Source: Antedon mediterranea
Lineage: Eukaryota; Animalia; Echinodermata
NCBI RefSeq assembly: GCF_964355755.1
Contig: NC_092674.1
Location: forward strand, 13,330,001-13,394,000
Length of the DNA stretch: 64,000 bases
Direction: 5' to 3'
A model generated the notes under the pieces. It was not told where the DNA came from. It saw only the letters and a program-made list of their open reading frames with translations, and ran no database searches. Below, piece after piece: positions 13,776-26,677 of this stretch. How positions within the stretch are numbered: position 1 is the stretch's first letter; each line of letters starts with the position of its first letter. The position numbers and the translations under genes were made by a program.

Positions 13776-14464
13776 CTGAAATATTACAAACATTATGTTA
13801 TAGTATTTTCTCTCTCTAAACAAAGTATTATAATATTGTCCTGGAATCAATACGATGTGATTATTTAAAAATGACGTTATAGATTTAAATAATGCTACAT
13901 TGTTAAATTCAATAAAAATTATCAACCATTGATGTTTTCTTTAAGATAATGTATTGTTTACGTATACATTTGTCTTTCTTGTATAACATTTTTTATAGTA
14001 TTTTATAAATGTAAAACAAATAAGTGTTTTTTTTTTTTCATCCGCTAGTGCTAACTAGTCTGAGTGTAAATTATGATAAAGTGACGTTTGAACTGGCAGT
14101 TACAGCTAATATATGCAGGCTCCAAATTCTGTTCAGGTAACACGTTTGGACTGCTAAATTCTTACTATTGGTTTAATTTTACCGCTATTTAGAGGGAATA
14201 TGTTTTTTTTAAAGTGGTTTATAAAATCTCAATTCATATTAATTTATTGTATCATTTTGCATAAAATACAATTAAAAACAGAAAACTGAAAAAACCACGA
14301 CATATCATTCTCTAACATTCAGTGCCCTAAAGGCATAAATGGTAACAATGATTACGGAATCTTTTACGAGAGGTAATGGACCTTTTCCTTGAACGTTGAG
14401 ATAGTGCATTGAATATGTTGGGTCTTGCAAAATGTAATTTGTTTCCTCAGTAAAGTCTCTAATA

Positions 14465-15208
14465 ACAAGGCCATATAGATGGCTGCAGTCGCGTGCTTAG
14501 TGTTTACCGACCGACCGACCAACCTACCAACTGACCGAAATTACTGAACATGTTTAAAAATGTTGAAATGTTTAAAAACAGTTATATTTTTTTAATTTAC
14601 ACGTGCGTAGCCTGTCACTTTTGACGTGCTCGTATAACGTAATTTCGAGTTGAAAAGTAAGTCAAGAAAACAGAAATCGGGCAAAAAGAGTGCGCAATGA
14701 CATTTAACGCGCAGTGCGCGCGCAAAAATCTGCGCACTCATGGCAATTTTGTAAACGCTTAAAATTATCTGAAACGTACTCTTATTTCATCGAAAATAAA
14801 TTTTGAAAATTTTAAGCGCGCGTACACATGCGTTACATGCGCTACGCACGTAATTGTATTGTCATATGATGATTTATACCCTGACATTTATGAGTACCAA
14901 ATTTTATTTAATTGTGATTCATGGTTGTGAAGATATGATTACAAACGGGATTTCGTTAAATCGTGCGTAGACCGCGTAATTTTTTATTGCGCACCGTGAA
15001 AACATAACCACATAATAATCGATTCCTGGCCATAAGGAATATACTGTGAAAAATTGACTTAGCTTGATTAAACTGATATCAAGATAAGATCAGAAAGCGA
15101 TAAAACGCATAGTGATACCGGACCGACAGACAGACCGACAGACCGACAGACCGACCGACCGACCGACCGACATATTAAACTATAGAGTCGCTTCCACGCG
15201 ACTAAAAA
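14465..15208 (+). mobile_element. Non-autonomous Helentron/DINE-1-like element
   Basis: Starts ACAAGG; subterminal inverted repeat AGTCGCGTG...CACGCGACT, 3' hairpin, (GACC/GACA)n microsatellite, A-run flanks; related to 16029-16230. Confidence 0.6.
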
Positions 15209-16028
15209 TGAATCAAATTGAGATCTGCTCAATTATAAGTACAGTAGTCTTATACGTGAAGCATAACAAACAATACGTTACAGCTAATTCTTACATGTGG
15301 TCCCGGTAAACTATAAAACAATGAATAATGATAATACTTTCAATTTCAGATTTTTAACAAAAGACGTATGACTAATGGAAGGGTTAACTCCTAAAGATTT
15401 GAGTCTACGCAACAGTAAAGCCTATTCGATACTATCGGTAATGAGGTCGTGTCATTTAAGATCACTAGTGATTTATTTGCAATCTCAACTTCAGAGTGGG
15501 TACCGTACCGTATTTAATTTTTTAGGTGATTTTCCTTTTTTGTGGGTTACTGTATGGGTTGATAAATACTGTATGAGTTAAAAAGGTCGTAAGATGTTAG
15601 TTTATTAGTATAGAGTACTGCAAACCATAATAGTAGGTAACATTTGTAATTGAGGGCGTTTTATTTAACACGACAAAGTATCTGAACTCCCCAAAAACGT
15701 ACCGTATCATAATGTAGTATATTTTAAATGTTGACATGACATAATAAACAATGAAAGTTTTTTCTAACATAATTTTTTTCTCGGGTTACTCGGATGCCGT
15801 ATTTTTTTATTTTTTTATTTATTGTAATAATAATATCTTTGATTGTATATTGTTTTTCAATAAGCCGTGCGGAGGATTCAGGTAATTTCTCTTAGTATTA
15901 AAGGGTAACACCGCGGCTTTAAAGTGTATATTGCTTATTATAAAATATAAACCTTTTAATCAACATTGGTAATAACCGTGCCTAATTTTAGACAGCACTC
16001 AGGCAAAAGTTAAGTCGCTTTAAAAAAA

Positions 16029-16230
16029 ACAAGGCCAACAGCCACAAGTCGCGTGCTCTCAGAAAAAAATGAACTTTCAAAAAGTAATGTACTTTAAAAC
16101 TTTTCTGTACATCAAAACAGTTCAAAAAGTACAGAAAAGCGATAAAACGCATAGTGATACCGGACCGACAGACCGACAGACCGACCGACCAACATAGTGA
16201 ACTATTGAGTCGCGTCCACGCGACTAAAAA
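16029..16230 (+). mobile_element. Short Helentron/DINE-1-like element, same family as 14465-15208
   Basis: Same ACAAGGCC start, AGTCGCGTG sub-TIR, shared AAAGCGATAAAACGCATAGTGATACCGGACCGACAG core and 3' hairpin. Confidence 0.6.
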
Positions 16231-16489
16231 AGTTGTTCTATAAGATAATACCAAAGTACGCATGTGGTGAGGTGGAACTAATTCGCCTTAAACATAATAG
16301 TTTTAAAATATCATAATTAAACTCAACTATTTAAATAGCTGATAATTAGATATGTGCGCGCGTGCAAAATAACAATCTAAATCTTATTATCTTAATATTT
16401 ATTTACTAAAGCTAACAGTATATTTTTTGTATTCGAGAAACGTTGTTGTTGGGATCACACTATGTGGTTGGTGTAACTCAGGATCGGGC

Positions 16490-17296
16490 GCGATTTTTTT
16501 TTCGTACATAAGTTGGGGACCCCTCATGAAACGTCACAAAATAAACATGAATAATTCATCAGTTAAATTTGTTATTCCGTGTGCACCCAAGCGTATAGCA
16601 ACAAATGATTACACGCACAACTGCGATACGATTCTTTCTACAGTAGGCCTATGATTCTAGGTCAATTCACGTGATTGCCTTTGCGCACTCATCTTCACAC
16701 ACACACACCACTATGCAAAATGTGTCGAGGCTAATCGACAGCTAGGCAAGACATTAAACTAAGTAGTAATTTGACATAGCCCAAAAAAAGCTTAGACCCA
16801 CAAGAATAAAAAATGTGTATAATTTGTGTACTGTAATTTTTTAATTCTGCTATTTTATTATCAAACAATATGCATGTACTCAAAGGAACTTTAGAAATGC
16901 GCGTATATGAACACATGAGATGGGAAGATTAGACCCACGAGAATAAAAAAATGTATTTTTGTGTAATGTTTATTGTTTAATTTTGCTGACTTATTACTCG
17001 GACTGTGTCATACCTAACATACACACGTCACACACACCCACACAGCTACTACTAGAATAGACATGGGTTTAGAGACTAATAATTAGGCCTAATAGTATTA
17101 ATAGAAACTATAATGTTAACACGTAATTCTTTAGTAATAAATTATATTAAAAACACCATAAACTAAAGGCTGATTATTTCGACAATCCACACAAAACGCC
17201 GCTATTCTTTTATGAAATCCCACGCGGCAACCACAGCGGAGATTAGGCCTAGAATCGTACCGCACTTGTGTAATCACTTCTTGTTGCTATACGCTT
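16490..17296. mobile_element. MULE-like MITE with one TIR truncated; inverted paralog of 43598-47318 lacking the nested insert
   Basis: Starts GCGATTTTTTTTTCGTACATAAGTTGGGGACCCC; interior is the reverse complement of 43750-44236 plus 47049-47318. Confidence 0.8.
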
Positions 17297-18328
17297 TTAC
17301 GTGCGAGAGTACATTTCCTGCCATCTAGGGGTGTCATTTAACAAAATGCTCAGTACCGACAGCCCTGGATTCTTGGGCAACCCCATTAAAATGGTTCTGC
17401 GACCGCCCTTCTTCACACTAACGTTATATTGAAACATTATGTTAATTAATCTCCTTTACATAGAACCTTGTCATATGCGATTATATATCATGGTACTGAG
17501 GATTATATTATTATTTTAACCGAATTAGACATTTGTCATATACGATGATTTTAAATCAGTTTTTGCATCATGTTATGATGTGTAGTAGTGTTATATTATT
17601 TTTGTAACCGAATTAACATTTTTAAAGTTTTATAGAATACAAATACTGGTTCGTAATGTCCGACACTAAATATGGCCATGCAATTAATACTAAACATTGT
17701 ATTACATTGACATGTCAGAATGTTATAATTTACTTGGTATCGAAACTATACTAAATGAACAAAAGGTGACATACACTTTTGTCAAATCATATCCTGTTTT
17801 GTATCGTTGGATAGATTTACACTATGAAATTAGTTTAACAATAATATTGTTTGTATATTATACGTATGGTGTAGTCATTCTTTGTTTTTTATTGAAAGTA
17901 ATGGTAAATGTATGATTTGTATAGTGTCCCATATCGTTTATGAACGCATTATAATTTTGATTGTGTTCTGGTTCGCTATGTGTAAATGTGAAGATCAAAA
18001 TAATTAAAATGTTAGAATTAATCGTAAAAAATTATAATCATGAATATTGTCTCAATGTTAATATTTAAAGTAATCTTTTCTTTATGTCATTTGAATAAAG
18101 CCTAAATAAAATGAAAGCAATCTTTAGAAAATAAATAGTATATATCTAATAACTGAATGTGGATATTGGTATAATATGAATAATTAAATAACTTTCTCTC
18201 TGGCCTTCCGATTTAAGTGAAGTAGACATTATTTTATTATGACCTACAATATTAACATTCTACCGCTATTTTTATTGAAGATAATCATTTTCCTTTGTTT
18301 TAATCAGTGCTACTAATCACTATCTCAT

Positions 18329-18555
18329 AAAATCATCGATAGAGAACCAGATGTAAACAACAAACGTATCAGAGGCTATTTGATCAGACGACGAGGAACC
18401 CAAACCATTAACAGAGACAAGGGCGTCCACCAACTCACGTGAATGACCCTTACACGTTAGACAGAATTAGTCTCTAGAGGTCAATCAATGATATATTTGT
18501 CATTTCTTCTAAAGGAGCTGTCTGAGCAGGACAGCGAAACTGCCAAGAAGGTTAA
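18329..18555 (+). mobile_element. Penelope-like element 3' relic (GIY-YIG C-terminus plus decayed hammerhead)
   Basis: Translates KIIDREPD...IRRRGTQTINRDKGVHQL, resembling the Penelope GIY-YIG end; followed by TTCTT-CTAAAGGA-GCTGTC..GACAGC-GAAAC-TGCC-AAGAA. Confidence 0.6.
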
Positions 18556-19464
18556 TTTCGCTAATTGTTTTTTTTTTCGAAAAGAATTAATAATTCACAT
18601 GTCGTATCGTTACGTGAAATACAGAGTGTACATAATCTCCGCGAAGCCATGAGAATGATTTCATTATAACATGTATATCTCACATCAAGTCGTCTTTTAA
18701 TACTAATACCGGTATGTGTAATTTTCACATGATATCAAGCTCTTCTGCTAGACCGCATCTATATATAAATTATGGTTAATTCTGACATAGGCCAGCACAA
18801 TGCAAAAACTTCGGTAAAAATCTCCGCCTTGGATACCTACCTTATCTATCCGAGATGTACCGCGAAACGTAGATTTGATAACATTAGTGTGCACGCCGAC
18901 GCTATTGTTCCATATTTATATCTTAGGAAGATATTATAAAGAGTTTTTTAACAACATTTATGATTTCAACATTGGATTTTCCTCTCAATTTCAATTCTTC
19001 CCGGTCAAAGTAATTTCCGGGTTTAAAATAAGTTCACCTTAGTTTCAAATATTTTCTCTCTTTTATACACAAGGGAGCAGTTAAAATAATAGATTTGACC
19101 CTAAAGGTGACTGGAAACAGGCACTTTCCATCAATCAATACAGTGTCCCTTTGGAAGACGGAAAAAAAATTGGCCATTAATCATAGCCATTTCAGTTTTT
19201 TGTTTATTTTAAAACATACCACACGTGTGTGAAGGTACAGTAGTTAAGTAATAGGAATTATACTGCAAATTAATAAAGATCAAATTAAATATACGCCATA
19301 AAGAATCAGAATATATTGTGGGGAATAGTATTATAAAATTACATAGGGAGATTTGATAAGACATTTTTCGAGGGAAATCCCGATAGCTGAGTTTTATTGA
19401 GTAAGCTAGCAGGAATAACTGTAGGCTATCTTCCTGTGTCCCGTTAGGACCGAGATGTCTGCCC

Positions 19465-22014
19465 ATGTTGCAAGCCGTAATAATGCAAGGTACATTTTTT
19501 AACTGTTTAGAAAACCTGCTTATGACTGTTGGAAACTTCATTGCTCAAGAAATTATTATTCTTGGAGACTTTAATGTAAATGTTTTAAATTGTAATCGTA
19601 ACAACTATGAGTCAGTGACTAACTTCTGTAATATTTTCGGTCTTGAACAACTTATCACTGAACCAACTAGGATCAGTGATAACAATAGCTCAGCAATAGA
19701 TTTGATCTTTGCCAGTGATCCTTTAAAAATTAAGGCCAGTGGAGTAATTCCTATTGGACTAAGTGATCACTTTTTAACGTTTTGTAGACGAAAACGGACT
19801 AATATCATTTCTGGCATACACAGAACAATTGATGTTAGATCAATGAAAAATTACAGTTCTGATTCACTGACTCATATGCTTAATAGTATTGACTGGTCAG
19901 ATTGTATTAGTTTAACTTGTGTTCAATCTTCATGGGATACATTTAAAGATAAGTTTCTGCGTATAATTGATTTAATTGCTCCTAAAAAAAAAGTTAGGGT
20001 TAAAGTAAAAGATCAACCATGGTTTGACTCCGAATTAAGAGATCTTATTAGGCAAAGAGACAAAATGTTAATTAGATATCGTAGTACAAAGGATGTGATG
20101 CATCTCAAAGGTTTTAGAAAACTCCGAAATAGTGTAAATTATAAAATTAAAAAAGCTAAAGTAAATTTTTATTCTGAACAACTTAAAGAAAATAAATACA
20201 AACCAAAACAATTATGGAAAGTTCTTAAAGGTCTTGGAACCTCTAAATCAAATAATAATGAAAAGAAACAGGTTTGTCTTGAGATCAACAATGAATATGT
20301 TCATGATAAGAAAGAAGTTGCTGAAGAGTTTAATTCGTACTTCACCAACGTTGCTGGAGAGCTAGTAAACAAACTTGACCCTCCTAGTAATACTTATAAC
20401 TTGGAACATGTCAATGTCTTTTACAGTAGCAAAGGTGTCTTTCCTAATGATTTTTCTTTCATTGAATTATCTGAAGATAATGTTCTTAAAGCTTTGACAC
20501 AATTATCGACGAGTAAAGCTACCGGAATAGATACTCTACCAGCCAAATTCTTCAAAGATGGGGCTTCTGCAATAGCAAAACCATTAACTCATATTATTAA
20601 GTTGTCCTTCACATCCGGTATTGTACCCAAAGAATGGAAATTAGCGAGAGTCATCCCAATTCACAAAAAGGGTAGTAAAACGGTGGTAGGTAACTATCGT
20701 CCGGTGTCTATACTCTCGGCTTTTTCTAAAGTTGTTGAAAGACTAGTACATGACCAATTGATGGAATACCTTAATTCTAAATCACTTATCTATGATTTCC
20801 AATGTGGGTTCCGAGCAAATTTTTCGACAGATCTTTGTTTAATTCACCTAACTGACCATATTAAAAAGAATTGGGATAAAGGTAATTTAACAGGTATGAT
20901 AGTCTTAGACCTACAAAAGGCTTTCGATACTGTAGACCATCAGATTTTACTAGGCAAAATGAGAGCATTAGGATTGTCCCAAACAGTAATAGGTTGGTTT
21001 AAATCATATTTAACAGATAGATGGCAGGTAGTGGATAATTGTGGTACTCTTTCAACGTGGAAAAAAATAACATGTGGGGTCCCTCAGGGGTCAATATTGG
21101 GCCCACTGTTGTTCTTAATGTATGTGAATGATATGGAATCTGCATTGAGTTGTAAACTGCTCCTTTATGCCGATGATTCTGCTATAGTTGTATCTAATAA
21201 AAGTGTCGCCAATATACAAAATGTATTGTCAAAAGAATTAAAAGCTATTAATTCTTGGTTATTAGATAATAGATTGTCATTGCATCTAGGCAAAACGTAT
21301 TCAATTCTATTTGGATCTAAACGTAAACTCAGAAATCAACAAGAATTGAAAGTTACATGCAATGATTATATAATCACAAACAAACCTACAGTAAGTTATC
21401 TAGGACTTGAACTCGATAACAATCTAACTGGAGATTATATAGGTAAATCAGTTATAAAGAAAGTAAACTCAAGGGTAAAATTTTTATATAGAAATAGAAA
21501 GTACTTAACTTTCAGAGATCTTAAGTTTCTAGCAAATAGTTTGGTGTTATGCCTTTATGATTATGCTTGTAGCGTGTGGTACTCTGGATTAAAAAAAACA
21601 TTAAAAGTTAAATTGCAAACTGCACAAAATAAGACGGTCAGATGTATTCTTGGTCTTGAACCAAGAGATCACATTGGGGCTAATGAATTAAACAAACTGA
21701 ATTGGCTCCCAGTAGACTTAAGAGTTAAACAGATAAAACTTTGTCACATGTATCGTATTATTAATGGATTAAGCCCTACGTTTATGAATGATGGTATTAG
21801 TAGAGCAAATGTAATTCACCAGTACAATACTAGATTTGCAACTCAATCAATTTATAGACCATATATAGGTAACCACTCCCAAACAACCTTTGTTAACACG
21901 GCAATAACGTCATGGAATCACCTGCCAAAATTGATACAGTGTTCAGAAACCATCAATCAATTCAAAAGAAATATCAGGAAACATCTCAAAGAGGTTATGC
22001 TTGAAAGATTATAA
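19465..22014 (+). CDS. LINE ORF2 (C-terminal half of APE plus complete RT), 849 aa; first codons come from the Helitron
   Basis: [39 protein letters not shown] motifs with no stops. Confidence 0.88.
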   Translation: MLQAVIMQGTFFNCLENLLMTVGNFIAQEIIILGDFNVNVLNCNRNNYESVTNFCNIFGLEQLITEPTRISDNNSSAIDLIFASDPLKIKASGVIPIGLSDHFLTFCRRKRTNIISGIHRTIDVRSMKNYSSDSLTHMLNSIDWSDCISLTCVQSSWDTFKDKFLRIIDLIAPKKKVRVKVKDQPWFDSELRDLIRQRDKMLIRYRSTKDVMHLKGFRKLRNSVNYKIKKAKVNFYSEQLKENKYKPKQLWKVLKGLGTSKSNNNEKKQVCLEINNEYVHDKKEVAEEFNSYFTNVAGELVNKLDPPSNTYNLEHVNVFYSSKGVFPNDFSFIELSEDNVLKALTQLSTSKATGIDTLPAKFFKDGASAIAKPLTHIIKLSFTSGIVPKEWKLARVIPIHKKGSKTVVGNYRPVSILSAFSKVVERLVHDQLMEYLNSKSLIYDFQCGFRANFSTDLCLIHLTDHIKKNWDKGNLTGMIVLDLQKAFDTVDHQILLGKMRALGLSQTVIGWFKSYLTDRWQVVDNCGTLSTWKKITCGVPQGSILGPLLFLMYVNDMESALSCKLLLYADDSAIVVSNKSVANIQNVLSKELKAINSWLLDNRLSLHLGKTYSILFGSKRKLRNQQELKVTCNDYIITNKPTVSYLGLELDNNLTGDYIGKSVIKKVNSRVKFLYRNRKYLTFRDLKFLANSLVLCLYDYACSVWYSGLKKTLKVKLQTAQNKTVRCILGLEPRDHIGANELNKLNWLPVDLRVKQIKLCHMYRIINGLSPTFMNDGISRANVIHQYNTRFATQSIYRPYIGNHSQTTFVNTAITSWNHLPKLIQCSETINQFKRNIRKHLKEVMLERL

Positions 22015-22218
22015 TTTATATTTATATTGTTACTACATGTGTTATTGTTTATTGTAAATTGTTTATTCTTATGGTGTTTTTATCCTTAAGGGCCACAATG
22101 GAAATAAGTTTGACCTTTGGTTACTTTTTTGTGTTACCCTGAATTCATTCTTTGTATTTTTTTTTTTATGTTGTGTTATTTTATGAATTCGAATAAAGAA
22201 ATGAAAAGAAATGAAAAA
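19482..22218 (+). mobile_element. 5'-truncated LINE (CR1 group, Crack/Daphne-like) with uninterrupted partial ORF2
   Basis: GTAAT duplication at 19477-19481 and 22219-22223; AATAAA plus GAAAT-type tail; empty site in Helitron copies 2 and 3. Confidence 0.92.
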
Positions 22219-24037
22219 GTAATGTCTTCTTTCTTGGGCCCACTCTGTCACGGCAGTTAGTTTCAAAAGATGATTAAATTAAATAATGTATTAATAATTA
22301 TTAGGATGGTATTCATTTGAATAAACGCCTCTCCAATAAAACATCACTTTGAATAATAAACCCCCCCTCCCCACAACCCAACTATCTAATAAACGTCCAT
22401 CCACATATTTATAATAACACAATTATACTATTTGTAGTAGAATTCACCGCACTGTTATCTGCAATTTACCAAGCATTTGTTATTCTTTTTTACCACTTTT
22501 CATATCTATGAGAGGATTTCATTTGATTATAAATGTTACCATATTATTAGAACTAAAAAATTTAACATATATCCCTCAAATAAGCACCTCCCTCAAATGA
22601 CCTCCGCCTCCCCAAAGGGCCCTACCAAACAATAAAAACTATACTTTAAAATGTTATTAATCATCTAAAACACTGTGAAACAAAGTAGTTCAGTTTTACG
22701 AATGTCAAGGATTTTCAATAATGGTAACCGACAGAAAATGTATAAGGAGAACATTATCATTCCGAGAACCATCGTCTACACTTCCTAGAGGGGGAGCGAG
22801 CGAAGCGAGCTCACCCTCTAGTTGACCAAATTCGCTTCAATCACAACATGTCATCCCCTCCCCTTAAAAACCGTGTCTACAATTGTGTTGTACCATGATA
22901 CCATGATACATAATATGAATCTATTGAGCAACGAAATAGCTAAATTGCCGCAACACACTCCACTGGGACATGAATACCACTGATTTCACATCGTGATATT
23001 CTACAAAACACTTGATTTTCATGTTCCCACCTAAATATCTCGGCTATTATAAATCGGATTCTTTTGGATAGTAGCTCAAAATAAACTGTAGACAATACTG
23101 AACATTATGGTATATGTTTGAAATTGTAAAGTTACAAAAAGTATGTGTCATTTTACGTTTTAAAACTCACCATCCATTGCCCGCTGAAAGTGTGAGGTCA
23201 ATTTTTTACACATTTTCTAAAGCACCACAGTGTTTTATTCACGAACACGGTATTTTTATTCGAGTAATATAATACAGTATGTATAATTTATAGTAGTGTG
23301 TTTTTTTTCGTCTACTTGCTTAATTTCTGTTGCAAAATGCTGTGATGGAAAGGTTGCTTTCCACGTAAGAGCCGATGTTGCTCTGAACCAATACATCTGG
23401 AAACTGAGTTTCACCTGATTGTATTATGTCATAAGTATCTATATACAGTATATACATTTACGTAAGGGCAAAATTCGATAAATCGCGCCTTACTTTTAGA
23501 ATTTGTACTCGATGGTATATAAAGTTGGTTCGTACTTTCGGTACTGATTTTAACCACCTGATGTAACCCTGTTTACTAATTAAATTAAGTTAGATAATTA
23601 GTTATTGACGATTAAAACGAATTTAGGTTCAACGACTTGCCCCAAATAGGGGTGTTTTCTGATTGTGATATACACTGTCTAATGGATGTCCATCTTGAAA
23701 AATACCCGCCACACAAATGCGAGGAGGCTTCGCATTTTCCTATCTCCTCCTACGATAATTGTTTTTAATAGCTGAAAACCAGTTGAACAGCTAGAGTACA
23801 GCATCATAATGTTGAAGACAGGCCGATTTTCTTTAAAAAATACTATTTTGATAGATTTAATATACGTTTATACAAATGTATTGATTTGCGATGAATGGAA
23901 CATCCCAATCTCTCAGTCTGCCAGAGTTTGGTTTAACACAAGTAGGTAAATGTATGAGCCCTTGGTTTAACGCATACGGTAGGTAAATATATCGGCCCTT
24001 TGAGAATGAACTTGCAATACTTTGACAATACTGTAAA

Positions 24038-25327
24038 TCTATATATAAATTATGGTTAATTCTGACATACTGTAGGCGAGCACAATGCAAAAACTTCGGT
24101 ACAAATCTCCGCCTTGGATACCTACCTTATCTATCTCAGATGTACCGCGAAACGTAGATTTGATAACATTAGTTTTCACATCGACCCTATTTTTCCATAT
24201 TTCTATCTTAGGAAGATATTATAATGAGTTTTTTAACACAATTTATGATTTCAACAGTAGATTTTCAACTCAATTTCAATTCTTCCCTGGTCAAAGTAAT
24301 TTCCGGGTTCATCTTGCAACAACCTGGTTTCAACTATTTTCTCTCTTTTATACACAAGGGAGCAGTTAAAATAATAGATTTGACCCTAAAGGTAACTGGA
24401 AACTGGCACTTTCCATCAGTCAATACAGTGTCCCTTTGGAAGAATGAAGCAAAAAACCAATAGTAGGACTGGAACTTAAATTGCATAGCCATTTCAGTGT
24501 TTTGTTTATTTTAGGAACGGACAGCGCTTGTGTGAAGGTACAGTAGTTAAAAAATAAAAATTATACTGCAAATTAATAAAAATCAAATTAAATATACGCC
24601 ATAAAGAATCGGAATATATTGTGGGAAATAGTATTATAAAATTACATAGGGAGATTTGATGATAAGACATTTTGTTTAAAATCGATTGAAATCCTGATAG
24701 TTGATTGAGTATTAGCTGACAGGAATAACTGTAGGCTATCTGTGTCCCGTTAGGACCGAGATGTCTGCCCATGTTGCAAGCCGTAAAGTCTTCTTTCTTG
24801 GGCCACTCTGTCACGGCAGTTAGTTTCAAAAGATGTTTAAATTAAATAATGTATTAATAATTATTAGGATAGTATTTATTTGAATAAACGCCTCTCCAAA
24901 AAAACATCACTTTTAATAATAATCATTATACTATTTGTAGTAGAATTCATCGCACTGTTATCTACAATTTACCAAGCATTTGTAATTCTTTTTTACTACT
25001 TTTCATATCTATTAGAGGATTTCATTTGATTATAAATGTTACCATATTATTAAAACTAAAAAAATTAACATATATCCCTCGAATAAGCATCTCTCTCAAA
25101 TGAATTCCGCCTCCACAAAGGACCCTACAAAACAATAAACACTATACTTTAAAATGTTATTAATCATCTAAAACACTGTGAAACAGAGTAGTTTAGTTTT
25201 ACGAATGTCAAGCACTTTTAATAATGGTAACCGACAGAAAACGTACAAGGAGAACATTTTTATCATTCCGAGAACCATCGTCTACACTTCCTAGAGGGGA
25301 AGCGAGCGAAGCGAGCTCACCCTCTAG
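24038..25327 (+). mobile_element. Non-autonomous Helitron, copy 2 (more diverged)
   Basis: A|TCTATATATAAATT...CACCCTCTAG|T termini; collinear with copies 1 and 3. Confidence 0.9.
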
Positions 25328-26677
25328 TACTAATGAATTATTCATGATTTCTGCCTTAATTGCAAATGATAAAACAAATAACGCGTCCCGTCCAACCGCT
25401 GTGTTCCGCTTTTTATAGTGTTCAAATTAGATTTAAAAACTTCTTCGAGTTCATCATTCTGACTTACTCCTTGCGGGTCTTGCAAACTGTTGGTGCCATC
25501 ACTTTTTAATTTTAAAGTGGAATTCGCGGATAAGCTAAAACACGCAAATAACTGATGATGACAGCAATTTTTACTAGTTGGCCTTTTTTCTACCCAACAA
25601 AGACTGATATTTTCAAAGTATAAATGTAATTTCTGAGGACCTAGTAGCTCTATTCTGTTGTAATTTTATATCTTTTTCAATATATTTACTGTGCACTGTT
25701 TTATGATGAGTTATGTAGAGATCTACTGTAGCTAAAGTAACCGTCATTAGCGTCGATAGTTCACTATGACAAGAAGCATTACCGTTTTTGATGATCAACT
25801 TTAGATACCATGGTAACCAACGTGGTGATGTTGCAACATGTTAAGATGCATAGCCCTTAATGATTTATATGAAGTATGATTTTCTAAAAAGGAATACTTC
25901 AATAAAAAGTCATAATACTGTAGCTTGAAGCCTTGCAAGTAGGCCTACCAACACAAAGCTTTACTAGAATTTCATAAAATCCACAAGATATAATAATGTT
26001 TGTAGTATGAACCTTGACTTCAACTGATGGAAAGCTAAAGAGACCTATCATCCAACGTCATCTCTAAAGTGAAACTATTTGCCGATTATTGAATTCACTA
26101 CAACACAATTTTTCAAGTACTGAAGACGCTGAAAATTGTAAACAGGCTTGGTAAGCGAACGAGAAAAGGTGTTAAAATGCTAATAAATGCTTCTCCGTGA
26201 TTGTTAAACACAAGAGGACACCAATCATATACGAATACCATCCTTTCCAGTATTTGAACTCAGTCAAATTAGATTGGTCAACCCATATAAACTAAATCAC
26301 AAATAAAGCAAACAGATTACTAAGATTGCGAAAGATAAATCTATAGTACAATTGTAGTAGGAATATTAAACTATAGCGTATAAATATCTTATTCGACCTT
26401 TTAGCTTGAGTAATGTTTTGACGCTTGGCCAAATCACGAATCGGACATGTACATGCTAATATGTGCAGCTAAACACATAACACAATTATACGAGGATGTT
26501 TCGATGCAACCATTAGCCTAACCAGTTTGTGATTTTATGGATTTTAGCACCGCGACCTCTGACTACAGTTGATACAAATTGTTGCTCATTGTTTTATTTA
26601 GCTTAGAAATTATCCTATTATATGCCTAGAAGAATAGGAGTTAGGCCATGTTATATTATATAGGCCAGGAACTTTGT

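Larger units (their letters stand above)
18758..22821 (+). mobile_element. Non-autonomous Helitron, copy 1 (~1.3 kb) carrying a nested LINE
   Basis: 5' TC, 3' CTAG preceded by a GC-rich hairpin (GAGGGGGAGCGAGCGAAGCGAGCTCACCCTC), inserted between A and T; near-identical to 36685-38022. Confidence 0.9.

Noticed and set aside
24085-24829. Short ORFs recurring in Helitron copies as captured genes
   Set aside because: ORF boundaries and frames differ among copies and no domain is recognisable
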